From: Bifidobacterium breve
Lineage (GTDB): Bacteria > Actinomycetota > Actinomycetes > S36-B12
Direction: 5' to 3'
DNA: 44,697 nucleotides
Assembly (NCBI GenBank): GCA_945900705.1
Contig: CAMDKJ010000003.1
Span: forward strand, 1-44,697
Shown in pieces: positions 35,241 through 44,697 of the stretch (position 1 is its first letter; every line of letters starts with the position of its first letter). Made by a program: the position numbers and the translations under genes. The notes below the pieces were generated by a model. That model was given only the letters and a program-made list of their open reading frames with translations, was not told the origin of the DNA and did no database searches.

Positions 35241-36098
35241 TTATTTTGCGGAATCACTTTTACGCTGGCATTGTGCCTCAATCTCGGCACCTGCTAGCAA
35301 GCCCAGGAACCCCACATAAAACCAGAGCAAAAAAACCACAACCCCGCCAAATACGGCAATGGATGAACCAAGGGTTGTCGACAAATTTGCATAGACCCCA
35401 AGTCCGGCGCTAACGAACAGCCACCATATTGTCGTGACGATCGGCCCGAGGGCGAGCAGGCGAACCGGCCTTGGGTTATTCGGCGCATGCTGCATGACCC
35501 ACCTTGTCGCCAGCCAAATGAGCAGTGCGCCAACTACCCAGTCAATTACCCCGATCCCCGAAAAGACGCGCACGTCCGTAAAACCAAGCCAATACAGAAT
35601 TCGAGGCAACACCGTCAGGGCGACAAAGGCGCCAACCACTACCACCATGCCAATCAAGGTGATCAACGTCGCTATAACGCGTCCTAAAATTCCCCGGCGT
35701 TTGGCTGTTGTTTCGAATACGCCATCAAGTGCCAGTCGCAACCCATACACAACTTTAGAAGCGGCGTAGACCGCCACCAGCGCGCCGACTAGAGACGTAG
35801 CGGTAACTCCACCCACGGATGAATGCTCGGTAGCAGCAATAAGGGAATCAGTCACTGGCTTTAGCGCACCCGCTTCGATTGGGGCCTGCACTGCTAGTGA
35901 ATTTATCGCTTCGCGCACTTGATCAGGACCAAGCAGCAGGCTGGTCAAGGCACCAATGACTATTGCGGCGGGTGCAACCGCTAGGGCGACGAAGTAGGCC
36001 AAGCCACCGGCAGCTAGTGAGTTTCGGTGTTCGGTGAACCGCAATCCGATTTCTCGAATGTCGGTGGTCGCGGCCTCAACTCTTGGGTGCACAGGCAT
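35241..36098 (-). CDS. YihY/BrkB family membrane protein
   Basis: AAGGLAYF and FLLWFY...GAEI motifs; about 6 TM segments. Start uncertain. Confidence 0.85.
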   Translation of the reverse strand: MPVHPRVEAATTDIREIGLRFTEHRNSLAAGGLAYFVALAVAPAAIVIGALTSLLLGPDQVREAINSLAVQAPIEAGALKPVTDSLIAATEHSSVGGVTATSLVGALVAVYAASKVVYGLRLALDGVFETTAKRRGILGRVIATLITLIGMVVVVGAFVALTVLPRILYWLGFTDVRVFSGIGVIDWVVGALLIWLATRWVMQHAPNNPRPVRLLALGPIVTTIWWLFVSAGLGVYANLSTTLGSSIAVFGGVVVFLLWFYVGFLGLLAGAEIEAQCQRKSDSAK

Positions 36099-36173
36099 AT
36101 CGTTGCACCCTTCGCTACCGCGAGCTCGCGCACTCACCAGGGCAGGGCGCTGCTTACCTGACATGATTACCCG

Positions 36174-37136
36174 GTGAGCCATAGTTCGATAACTGGTCGC
36201 ATCACCGGGCCAAGATCCTTGGCACTTTGGGCCTGGCTCTCGATAGCCGCTGCCCTAGCGACAATCGCACTTAAGTTTTGGGCGTACCTGCTGACCGGCT
36301 CGGTCGGCCTGCTATCCGATGCCCTTGAATCGGTGGTAAATCTAGTAGCGGCAATCATCGCGGTAATCGCATTGTCCATCGCCTCGCGCCCCGCAGACAG
36401 CAACCACCACTACGGCCACGGCAAGGTGGAGTACTTCTCCGCGGGCATCGAAGGTCTGATGATCTTCGTCGCTGCCATGGTCATCGTGTACTCCGCCGTC
36501 GAAAGACTCCTGCACCCACAGGCCCTTGAAGCCGTCGGGGTCGGCTTACTCATCACACTCATTGCGACAGCGATTAATGCCGCGGTCGGCTGGCTGATCT
36601 TGCGGGCCGGGCGCAGGCACCGATCACTGACTTTGGTCGCCGACGGCAAGCACCTGCTCACCGATGTCTGGACATCAATTGGCGTCGTGATCGGCGTTGG
36701 GTTAGTTGCCCTCACCGGCTGGCTGCCACTGGACTCAATAGTTGCCATTGCAGTCGGGCTGAATATTTTGTGGACGGGATTCACCTTGGTCCGCAATTCA
36801 GTCCACGGGCTGATGGATCGAGCACTAAATGCCGCCGATGAAGCCCGCGTCATTGAAGTCGTCAACTCATTTGTTGCCGAGTACCCACCCGGCCAGCTGG
36901 CTTTTCACGCCCTGCAGACCCGAGAATCCGGCCAGCAGCGGTTCGTCTCACTGCATGTACTGGTACCCGGCCAGTGGACGGTCGCCACCGGGCATGATTT
37001 AGTCGAAAGAGTCGAGTCGGCAATCGCACTAGCGCTACCCGGGGCCCATATTCAGACCCATCTAGAGCCCAGTGAAGACCCAAGGTCATACGACGACGTA
37101 GGCGGCGGCCATAGCGGACTCGATACCCGTAACTAG
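36174..37136 (+). CDS. Cation diffusion facilitator family transporter
   Basis: SVGLLSDALES, HHYGHGKVEY, ADGKHLLTD, THLEP. Confidence 0.93.
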   Translation: MSHSSITGRITGPRSLALWAWLSIAAALATIALKFWAYLLTGSVGLLSDALESVVNLVAAIIAVIALSIASRPADSNHHYGHGKVEYFSAGIEGLMIFVAAMVIVYSAVERLLHPQALEAVGVGLLITLIATAINAAVGWLILRAGRRHRSLTLVADGKHLLTDVWTSIGVVIGVGLVALTGWLPLDSIVAIAVGLNILWTGFTLVRNSVHGLMDRALNAADEARVIEVVNSFVAEYPPGQLAFHALQTRESGQQRFVSLHVLVPGQWTVATGHDLVERVESAIALALPGAHIQTHLEPSEDPRSYDDVGGGHSGLDTRN

Positions 37137-37219
37137 CTCAAGGCGCCACCAGCGCGCACCCCAACAGCTTGTGCGCCACCCACTGCGGCACAATGTGCCA
37201 TTGAGCGAAGTCGCTCTGC

Positions 37220-37292
37220 GCCTCCGTAGCTCAGGGGATAGAGCGCCGGTTTCCGGTACCGACGGTCGCAGGTTCGAATCCTGCCGGGGGCA
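37220..37292 (+). tRNA. tRNA-Arg(CCG)
   Basis: Acceptor GCCTCCG/CGGGGGC, D arm GCTCAGGGGATAGAGC, anticodon loop TTCCGGT, T arm GCAGG-TTCGAAT-CCTGC. CCA not encoded. Confidence 0.95.
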
Positions 37293-37310
37293 CGTTAGGA
37301 GGTGATCGTG

Positions 37311-37634
37311 ATGGCATATCTGCTGCTTTTGCTGGCTATCGTCAGTGAAGTAATCGGCACGCTTGCGCTCAAAGCTAGCGACGGTTTCAGCCGACTGTGG
37401 CCATCATTGATCGTGGTTGCCGGATACGGCTTGGCATTCACGTTACTGGCCCAGACCCTAAAAAGTCTTGGAGTTGGGCCCACTTACGCAACTTGGTCGG
37501 CCCTGGGCACCGTTGGCGCCGCCGTTGGTGGTTGGTTGATCTTCGGCGAGAAGATGAGCCCGCTGTCCATCGGGGGAATGGGCATCGTCATTGCCGGCAT
37601 CGTGATCATGCAATGGGGCAGCGTCACGAGGTGA
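37311..37634 (+). CDS. SMR family small multidrug transporter
   Basis: AIVSEVIGTLALKASDGF (conserved TM1 Glu), YATWS, four TMs; AGGAGG RBS. Confidence 0.9.
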   Translation: MAYLLLLLAIVSEVIGTLALKASDGFSRLWPSLIVVAGYGLAFTLLAQTLKSLGVGPTYATWSALGTVGAAVGGWLIFGEKMSPLSIGGMGIVIAGIVIMQWGSVTR

Positions 37635-37643
37635 TGGTCCTTA

Positions 37644-38303
37644 ATGAATAGAACGGCCACCACCCCCCATTTTGCCACGGTAACTACCGGCTACTACCCG
37701 ATCGTGGTGGCTGTGTTTTGCGGACTACTACTCATCTCGAATATTGGTGCTACCAAACTAATTGAGTTTGGGCCCATCATCACCGATGGTGGCGCTTTCT
37801 TGTTCCCGCTCGTCTACATCACCGGCGACGTCTTGAGCGAGGTTTATGGACTAAAGGCGGCCCGCAGGGCGATCTATCTTGGCTTCGCGCTCGCTGTGCT
37901 TGCGGCCTTTACTTTTTGGTTAGTGCAGATTTCGCCACCGGCCACTGGCTATGAAAATCAGGAGGCATTTGAGGCCGTCTTGGGCTTCGTGCCGCGAATT
38001 GTGCTAGCCAGTATTTGCGGTTACCTAGTCGGGCAACTCCTTAATGCCTATGTTCTCGTCAAGATCAAGGAGCGCACTCAAGAAAAAGCGCTCTGGCTGC
38101 GCTTGATCGGATCTACGGTCATCGGTGAATTAGCCGACACCGTGGTCTTTTGCACGATTGCGTTCTACGGAATTATCACCGGGGGCGAATTCATCAACTA
38201 TGTGATCGTTGGATACATCTACAAGACCCTCCTCGAAGTCGTCTTGTTACCCCTCACCTATCGGGTAATTGCCGCGGTCAAAAAGCGCGAGCCCACGTAT
38301 TGA
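37644..38303 (+). CDS. Queuosine precursor transporter (QPTR/YhhQ/VUT family)
   Basis: SNIGATK, DVLSEVYG, PRIVLAS, RLIGSTVIGELADT. Confidence 0.9.
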   Translation: MNRTATTPHFATVTTGYYPIVVAVFCGLLLISNIGATKLIEFGPIITDGGAFLFPLVYITGDVLSEVYGLKAARRAIYLGFALAVLAAFTFWLVQISPPATGYENQEAFEAVLGFVPRIVLASICGYLVGQLLNAYVLVKIKERTQEKALWLRLIGSTVIGELADTVVFCTIAFYGIITGGEFINYVIVGYIYKTLLEVVLLPLTYRVIAAVKKREPTY

Positions 38304-38409
38304 TTTGCCAGATCCCACAGAAACAACTAGTTTTCCCCCGCAATTCAACGCCAAGCGTTAGACTTAGCCGCTCGTAGAGCACTCCCCCTGACCCTGGAAA
38401 GGCTCCGCC

Positions 38410-39858
38410 ATGAAAGCACGTGCAACCGGATCTCGAGTAATTGCCGGGGTGGCCGCCATGGCCGCTTTCGCCACCATTTTCGTGGGTGCCGCTTCGGCGG
38501 CAGTGTGTGAAGTGGAGGTGTGCACGCCGTGGCCAACCAAGCTACCTACTTACCCGACTACGACCCTTGAATATTTGTCAGGTCCACTCGCCCAGCAGAA
38601 CATGGAAGCAAAGCCCTACAGCACCGGCAAGAACAAGATGTGGCTATTACCGGCAACACCTGCCACCACTCAATGGGGAGTCTTTGACAACACCGTGACG
38701 CCGGCGCTTCGCATTAACTCAGGCGACACTGTCGCCATTGAGACATTGCGTGCTGGCAATGGTCAAGTGGTGCCCGGCATCTCAATCGAGCAGCTGATCA
38801 CGATCAACACCGCCTTGCCAGGCCGCGGCCCGCATACTGTCACCGGCCCGATTTACGTTAATGGCGCCGAGCCAGGTGACGTAGTCGCGGTTCATATAAA
38901 CAAGATTCGGATGCTTAGCAATGCCACCAATAACAGCTCGCCAACAGGAGGCCTCTTCCCCGAGATCTTCCCGTCTCGAGTCGACAGTTATTACCTAGAT
39001 AACGACAAGATGGAGGCTAAGTTCACTAAGAACATTGTTATTCCGCTTGCGCCGTTCCCTGGAATATTGGCAGTCGGGCGTCCGGACGCGGACTCAACCG
39101 GGAGGCTTTGCACCGTACAGACCGTTGCTCCTGGTAGCGCGCCAAATAGCTGCAACACCGTCCCACCGGGTGACTACGGTGGCAACCTCGACCTAAAGGA
39201 AATGCAGGTTGGTTCTACTACATATCTGCCGGTTTTCGTGCCGGGAGCCTTGATCTGGACAGGTGACTCGCATGCCGCTCAAGGCAATGGAGAGTTTGAT
39301 CTGGATGCCCTTGAGACGGCTTTCCCGGAATTGAATGTCACGATCACGTTAATCAAGAACCAGCCCCAGGTCACTTGGCCAATTGTTGAAAACCCAACCA
39401 CCTACACAGCCATTGGGTACGACACCACCCTGCAGTTAGCGGTGGCCGCCCTGAAGACTGAGACAACCAGGCTCATCATGGAGAAGTTCAAGATGACCAA
39501 GACTCAAGCTACTGATTTTATGTACAAGACCTGGAACTGCCCGATTTCTGAGGTAGTTGACATTGTGCTGGGCACTTACTGTGTCATACCCAAGGATCGG
39601 AATGCACCGGCCGCCAATCCATTGCCTAGAAAGGACAACTCGGATTTTTGGGTAACTCATGCTTCCAACGCTGATCCGATGATTGCGCTAAAAGCAGCGG
39701 TAATGGCTTCGATAAAGAAGATTTCCAGTAAACTTAATATCACCGCAGACCGTTCATATCGACTTTCAACATTTGTGACCGATTGCCAGTTCGGGCCATA
39801 TCGCTCCGGCCCATACGACATCACGTGCCTAGTCCCCAAGAGCATTTACCGCGGGTAG
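38410..39858 (+). CDS. Acetamidase/formamidase (FmdA/AmdA) family protein with a predicted signal peptide
   Basis: TGPIYVNGAEPGD, GGNLD, GDSHAAQGNGE; N-terminus has basic residues, a hydrophobic stretch and an ASA site. Confidence 0.85.
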   Translation: MKARATGSRVIAGVAAMAAFATIFVGAASAAVCEVEVCTPWPTKLPTYPTTTLEYLSGPLAQQNMEAKPYSTGKNKMWLLPATPATTQWGVFDNTVTPALRINSGDTVAIETLRAGNGQVVPGISIEQLITINTALPGRGPHTVTGPIYVNGAEPGDVVAVHINKIRMLSNATNNSSPTGGLFPEIFPSRVDSYYLDNDKMEAKFTKNIVIPLAPFPGILAVGRPDADSTGRLCTVQTVAPGSAPNSCNTVPPGDYGGNLDLKEMQVGSTTYLPVFVPGALIWTGDSHAAQGNGEFDLDALETAFPELNVTITLIKNQPQVTWPIVENPTTYTAIGYDTTLQLAVAALKTETTRLIMEKFKMTKTQATDFMYKTWNCPISEVVDIVLGTYCVIPKDRNAPAANPLPRKDNSDFWVTHASNADPMIALKAAVMASIKKISSKLNITADRSYRLSTFVTDCQFGPYRSGPYDITCLVPKSIYRG

Positions 39859-39885
39859 GTAAACCTCACCGAATATCGAAATTGG

Positions 39886-39925
39886 GTTGGGCGCCAGCCG
39901 GATAATCTCCGCGTTTGGCGCCCAA

Positions 39926-39926
<1 letters not shown>
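39886..39926. terminator. Inverted repeat between convergent genes
   Basis: GTTGGGCGCCAG...TTGGCGCCCAAT arms. Confidence 0.6.
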
Positions 39927-41185
<1,259 letters not shown>

Positions 41186-41199
41186 TTACAAACTGCCGA

Positions 41200-41718
41200 T
41201 CAACTCGGCGCTAATACCGCTATCGCCGGGAAAAGCTTCAATACCGGATCGACCCAACCAGCCATGGTCGATACCGCAGCATCGTTAACCCCACCACATT
41301 CATCTAGGGCAATATCCTTCAAAACTGTCTCGCCCTGGGTGATCTTGAGCCAGCGGCTTGTGCCTCCAACACAACCTAGTTCGGATTTCACCACCGGTAA
41401 CGCGTCTAGCGACGGGTATGTCTGGGACATAACCTGCCAAGCCTTCTCGACTTCTACGGTTTTCTCATCGGCAAGGATCTCTCCATAGCTATCGACGACA
41501 AGCCGGGCCTCTTTGGAAGTCGCCGTCAATTCGAAGCTGCGGTGGTACTGCGGCGGTACCGAGGAGTCATTGAAGCGATAAACAACTATCGCGTCGTCAG
41601 GTAGCCCCGAGGCCATCGTTCCAGTGGACGAATCGCACCCGGACACGGTTGACAATAAAAGCAGCCCGGTTAAGGCCACCGTAACCCGATTCAATACCTG
41701 CACCACCACCCCATTCAA
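41200..41718 (-). CDS. Hypothetical lipoprotein
   Basis: Hydrophobic N-terminus with lipobox-like VSGC. Start uncertain. Confidence 0.65.
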   Translation of the reverse strand: MNGVVVQVLNRVTVALTGLLLLSTVSGCDSSTGTMASGLPDDAIVVYRFNDSSVPPQYHRSFELTATSKEARLVVDSYGEILADEKTVEVEKAWQVMSQTYPSLDALPVVKSELGCVGGTSRWLKITQGETVLKDIALDECGGVNDAAVSTMAGWVDPVLKLFPAIAVLAPS

Positions 41719-41768
41719 TCACGGCCACCCATGTCAACAGGTGCCATTGAAGGTGCAAGACTGCAGCC

Positions 41769-41972
41769 ATGGCAACCGCGAAGACACCCAAGACCCCCCA
41801 GACTCCCGACCCAAATGACCCAAAGGAGCGCTTCCGTTTGGCACTTGAGGCCAAGAACAAGAAGGGTGGGCACTCGGGCGCCGACCGCGATGCCGACACT
41901 GGCGGGGTCAAGGACGAATCAAGTAAAGCCGGCGGTAAGCGCGAGCACCGGCGCAAGAGCGGGTCAAGTTAA
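41769..41972 (+). CDS. Small basic actinobacterial protein (DUF5302-like)
   Basis: KERFRLALEAK...KREHRRKSG pattern. Confidence 0.75.
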   Translation: MATAKTPKTPQTPDPNDPKERFRLALEAKNKKGGHSGADRDADTGGVKDESSKAGGKREHRRKSGSS

Positions 41973-41981
41973 ATCAGCACC

Positions 41982-43202
41982 CTAATTTTGGCTTCGTATC
42001 CTGACGCTCCCGGGATCTAGCTCACTGATACTGCGCGCGCCTAACAGCGCCATCGTTGTGCGAATCTCTTGTTGCAGGATGTCGACGGCGCGCTGTGCGC
42101 CAGCCTGCCCTCCAGCCATCAATCCATAAAGATACGCCCGGCCAATAAGCACCGCATCGGCTCCGAGTGCCACCGCCGCAACCACATCGCCACCAGTTAG
42201 CACACCACCGTCGATGAAAACTGCGACATGCCCACCGACCGCCGCCTTTACTTGTGGGAGTTGCTCAAGTGGCACCGGGGCTCGATCTAGTTGTCGGCCG
42301 CCGTGATTCGAAAGGACAATGCCGTCAACCCCCAGGTCGGCTAGCAATTTCGCATCAGCAACCGACTGAACCCCTTTGACGACCAGTTTGCCGGGCCAAG
42401 TCTCACGGGCCCAAGTGACATCGGCCGGAGTCAACGATGGGTCAAATACTTTGTTCATTAGGTCGGCGACCGTGCCTTCTGAACTTCTAAACGTTGCAAA
42501 CTCCAGTGGCTCGGTGGTCAGCACGTTGAACCACCAACTCGGGTACCGAGACATATTGGCCAGTGTCGACAGCGACAGCTTTGGTGGGACGGTTAAGCCA
42601 TTTCGGATATCGCGATTACGTATCCCTGCTACCGGAGCGTCCACTGTGAGCATCAAGGTGTCGTAGCCGGCAGCCGCCGCCCGTTCGAGCAAGCCTGTGC
42701 GCAGGCTGCGGTCGCGCATTAGATAGATCTGAAACCACCGTCGTGCAGTTGGCACCGCGCTCGCCAAATCCTCGATGGAGGTGGTACCAAGGGTGGAAAG
42801 GCAGTACGGGATGCCGATGCCTGCTGCCATCGCTGCCACCGCCGGCTCACCAGCGTGGTGCATCATCCGGGTGAAACCTGTCGGCGCCAGCACGATGGGT
42901 AATGCGCTTACGGCTCCAAGAATTTCAGTGCTGGTGTCGAGGTTCGACACATCGCGCAGCACTCGTGGTTCGAACTCCAGACGGCCAAATACCTCACGGG
43001 CCCGCGTAAGCGCTAACTCGTCACCGGCGGCACCATCGGTATAGTCAAATACCGCCGCTGGCGTATGTCGTTTGGCTAATGAACGTAGATCCCAGATATT
43101 CGCCGCGCGCGCCAGAGCGTGAGCCCGTCGATTCGTGAATGGGTTTTCGGTACCAAGCAGGGGCTTAACCTCATGCCACCTCGGCAACCGGCGGGTGGTC
43201 AT
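41982..43202 (-). CDS. lldD: FMN-dependent alpha-hydroxy acid dehydrogenase (L-lactate dehydrogenase-like)
   Basis: FDYTDGAA, APTG, LVVKG, SNHGGRQLD. Confidence 0.88.
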   Translation of the reverse strand: MTTRRLPRWHEVKPLLGTENPFTNRRAHALARAANIWDLRSLAKRHTPAAVFDYTDGAAGDELALTRAREVFGRLEFEPRVLRDVSNLDTSTEILGAVSALPIVLAPTGFTRMMHHAGEPAVAAMAAGIGIPYCLSTLGTTSIEDLASAVPTARRWFQIYLMRDRSLRTGLLERAAAAGYDTLMLTVDAPVAGIRNRDIRNGLTVPPKLSLSTLANMSRYPSWWFNVLTTEPLEFATFRSSEGTVADLMNKVFDPSLTPADVTWARETWPGKLVVKGVQSVADAKLLADLGVDGIVLSNHGGRQLDRAPVPLEQLPQVKAAVGGHVAVFIDGGVLTGGDVVAAVALGADAVLIGRAYLYGLMAGGQAGAQRAVDILQQEIRTTMALLGARSISELDPGSVRIRSQN

Positions 43203-43231
43203 GGCGCCCCCTGAATGAAGCTTGGATTTAC

Positions 43232-44194
43232 CTAGCGACGCGCAGTCGCCGGGATCTGCCCCATCCTACCTGCTTGGAAATCTTCGATAGCGGTATTGAT
43301 CTCGTCTTTGGTATTCATTACAAATGGGCCGTGGTGCGCGATCGGCTCACCAATGGGCTTGCCGCCGAGTATTAACACCTCAAGGGTCGGGGATTTTGAA
43401 TCCTGTTTGGCATCGGCTGCGAAAGTGATCGCATCGCCTGCACCGAAGTCCACTAACTGGCCTTCACCAAAAGCCACGTTTTCGACGCCGGCAGATCCGC
43501 GACCTGATAGTGCGTAGACCATTGCATTAAAGCTTCGGTTCCAAGGGAGCGAAACCTTGGCCCCTGGCTGCACAGTTGCATGCGCATAAGTTATCGGCGT
43601 CCAGGTGATCCCCGGCCCAGAAATCCCGCCGAGCTCACCGGCAATGATGCGCACCAACGCGCCGCCGTCGTGACTTGCCGCCAATGCCACCGAAGACGCT
43701 GAAATATCTTGATATCTAGGTGCTGTCATCTTCAGTTCAGCAGGTAAGTTCACCCATAACTGCACACCGTGAAAAAGTCCGCCGGAGTTAACCAGAGCTT
43801 CCGGTGGGGTCTCAATATGAAGCAGGCCCGACCCCGCCGTCATCCACTGGGTAGAACCGTCAGAGATGAGGCCACCTCCACCGGCGGTGTCTTGATGTTC
43901 GAAGGCGCCATCAACTATGTAGGTGACGGTCTCAAAACCGCGGTGGGGATGCCAAGGAGTGCCTTTGGGTTCACCCGCACCCCACTCGACCGCTCCCATT
44001 TGGTCTAGGAGCAAGAACGGGTCTGAATCGCGAAGTGACATTCGACCCGGGAAGGGCCGGCGTACCGGAAATCCTTCACCCTCAAAGGTCGCAAGTGCGG
44101 TCACTATCCGATTCACCGGACGCAGCACCGCGGTGGCATCGGGTGCGCCAATGCGCGCAAGCACCAAAACATCAGCGACAGTGACAGCAGGCAC
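43232..44194 (-). CDS. Pirin family protein
   Basis: DPFLLLD, HPHRGFETVTY, QWMTAGSGLLHIE, GPFVMNT. Confidence 0.95.
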   Translation of the reverse strand: MPAVTVADVLVLARIGAPDATAVLRPVNRIVTALATFEGEGFPVRRPFPGRMSLRDSDPFLLLDQMGAVEWGAGEPKGTPWHPHRGFETVTYIVDGAFEHQDTAGGGGLISDGSTQWMTAGSGLLHIETPPEALVNSGGLFHGVQLWVNLPAELKMTAPRYQDISASSVALAASHDGGALVRIIAGELGGISGPGITWTPITYAHATVQPGAKVSLPWNRSFNAMVYALSGRGSAGVENVAFGEGQLVDFGAGDAITFAADAKQDSKSPTLEVLILGGKPIGEPIAHHGPFVMNTKDEINTAIEDFQAGRMGQIPATARR

Positions 44195-44261
44195 GGATGA
44201 CTCCCTTGAGTAGTTGAGTTTTCAACTATATCCTCAAAGGGCCGTAAGTGCAAGGTGCGCC

Positions 44262-44469
44262 GGGCTAACTCCTCGGTCTAGGTTTCATCACCAACATCTG
44301 GCTGCCGAAGCGCGCCACCGATCTGCTACGCATCAACAGCACCTTACGCATCAAACACATCACAAGCCACAACTTTCGTTCCTTCACCTGCCAAGCTAAA
44401 GCTGTCGGCCGCGCCAAGGCGAGGTGGGCCACCGGTGACGATGGCTACCTTGCCTTCCAACTTTCCCAT
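44262..44469 (-). pseudogene. Degraded short-chain dehydrogenase/reductase N-terminus
   Basis: MGKLEGKVAIVTGG, then a frameshift into LGAA...LAGEGTKVVACDV with several in-frame stops. Confidence 0.7.
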
Positions 44470-44697
44470 AATAACCCCCCGTCGAAATCCCGATATCTCT
44501 TGCAAAATAAGGCTTTTTTCTACCTGATGTCATGGGGATTAGGTCATACCCACTCATGACCACTCATAACCAAACTACGCAGCGGAAGTGGTCGCCAGCG
44601 AAAATTAATCCAAGTTCGCGGCCAATTCTTTGGTGGTCGATGTGCTGGCGTGACAAATGTTAAACGTGGTGCAACAAATAAAAATATTTTTAAAATA

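Noticed and set aside
37220-39858. Genomic island integrated at tRNA-Arg
   Set aside because: No integrase and no duplicated tRNA 3' end found downstream.

Overview
A 44.7 kb actinomycete chromosomal segment. It is mostly the conserved argS-lysA-hom-thrC-thrB-rho-rpmE-prfA-prmC-tsaC-glyA-wecA-atp-murA backbone on the minus strand. To the left lie meaA/nucS/3-hydroxyacyl-CoA dehydrogenase/hydrolase genes; to the right a csp gene, tRNA-Arg(CCG), a queuosine-salvage neighbourhood (QPTR transporter and tgt), lldD and pirin. Two things stand out. (1) 1654-3630 is a tandem array of five small minus-strand genes that the ORF track mostly missed or mis-started. Each has a Shine-Dalgarno, a conserved 39-aa N-terminal 'leader' ending TLNPS and a hypervariable Cys-containing C-terminal 'core'; four are followed by a 3' element with an invariant 36-bp block. 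This is the layout of a diversifying RiPP-precursor or peptide-signal library, but no maturation enzyme is in the window. (2) The whole F1Fo ATP synthase operon (12364-20302) looks Mycobacterium-type (b-delta fusion, alpha C-terminal extension, gamma loop, Rv1303-like gene, near-Mtb c subunit) while its neighbours look non-mycobacterial. That suggests in-place operon replacement or a chimeric assembly. All family and taxon assignments come from motif recognition and recalled sequences, not from database searches.
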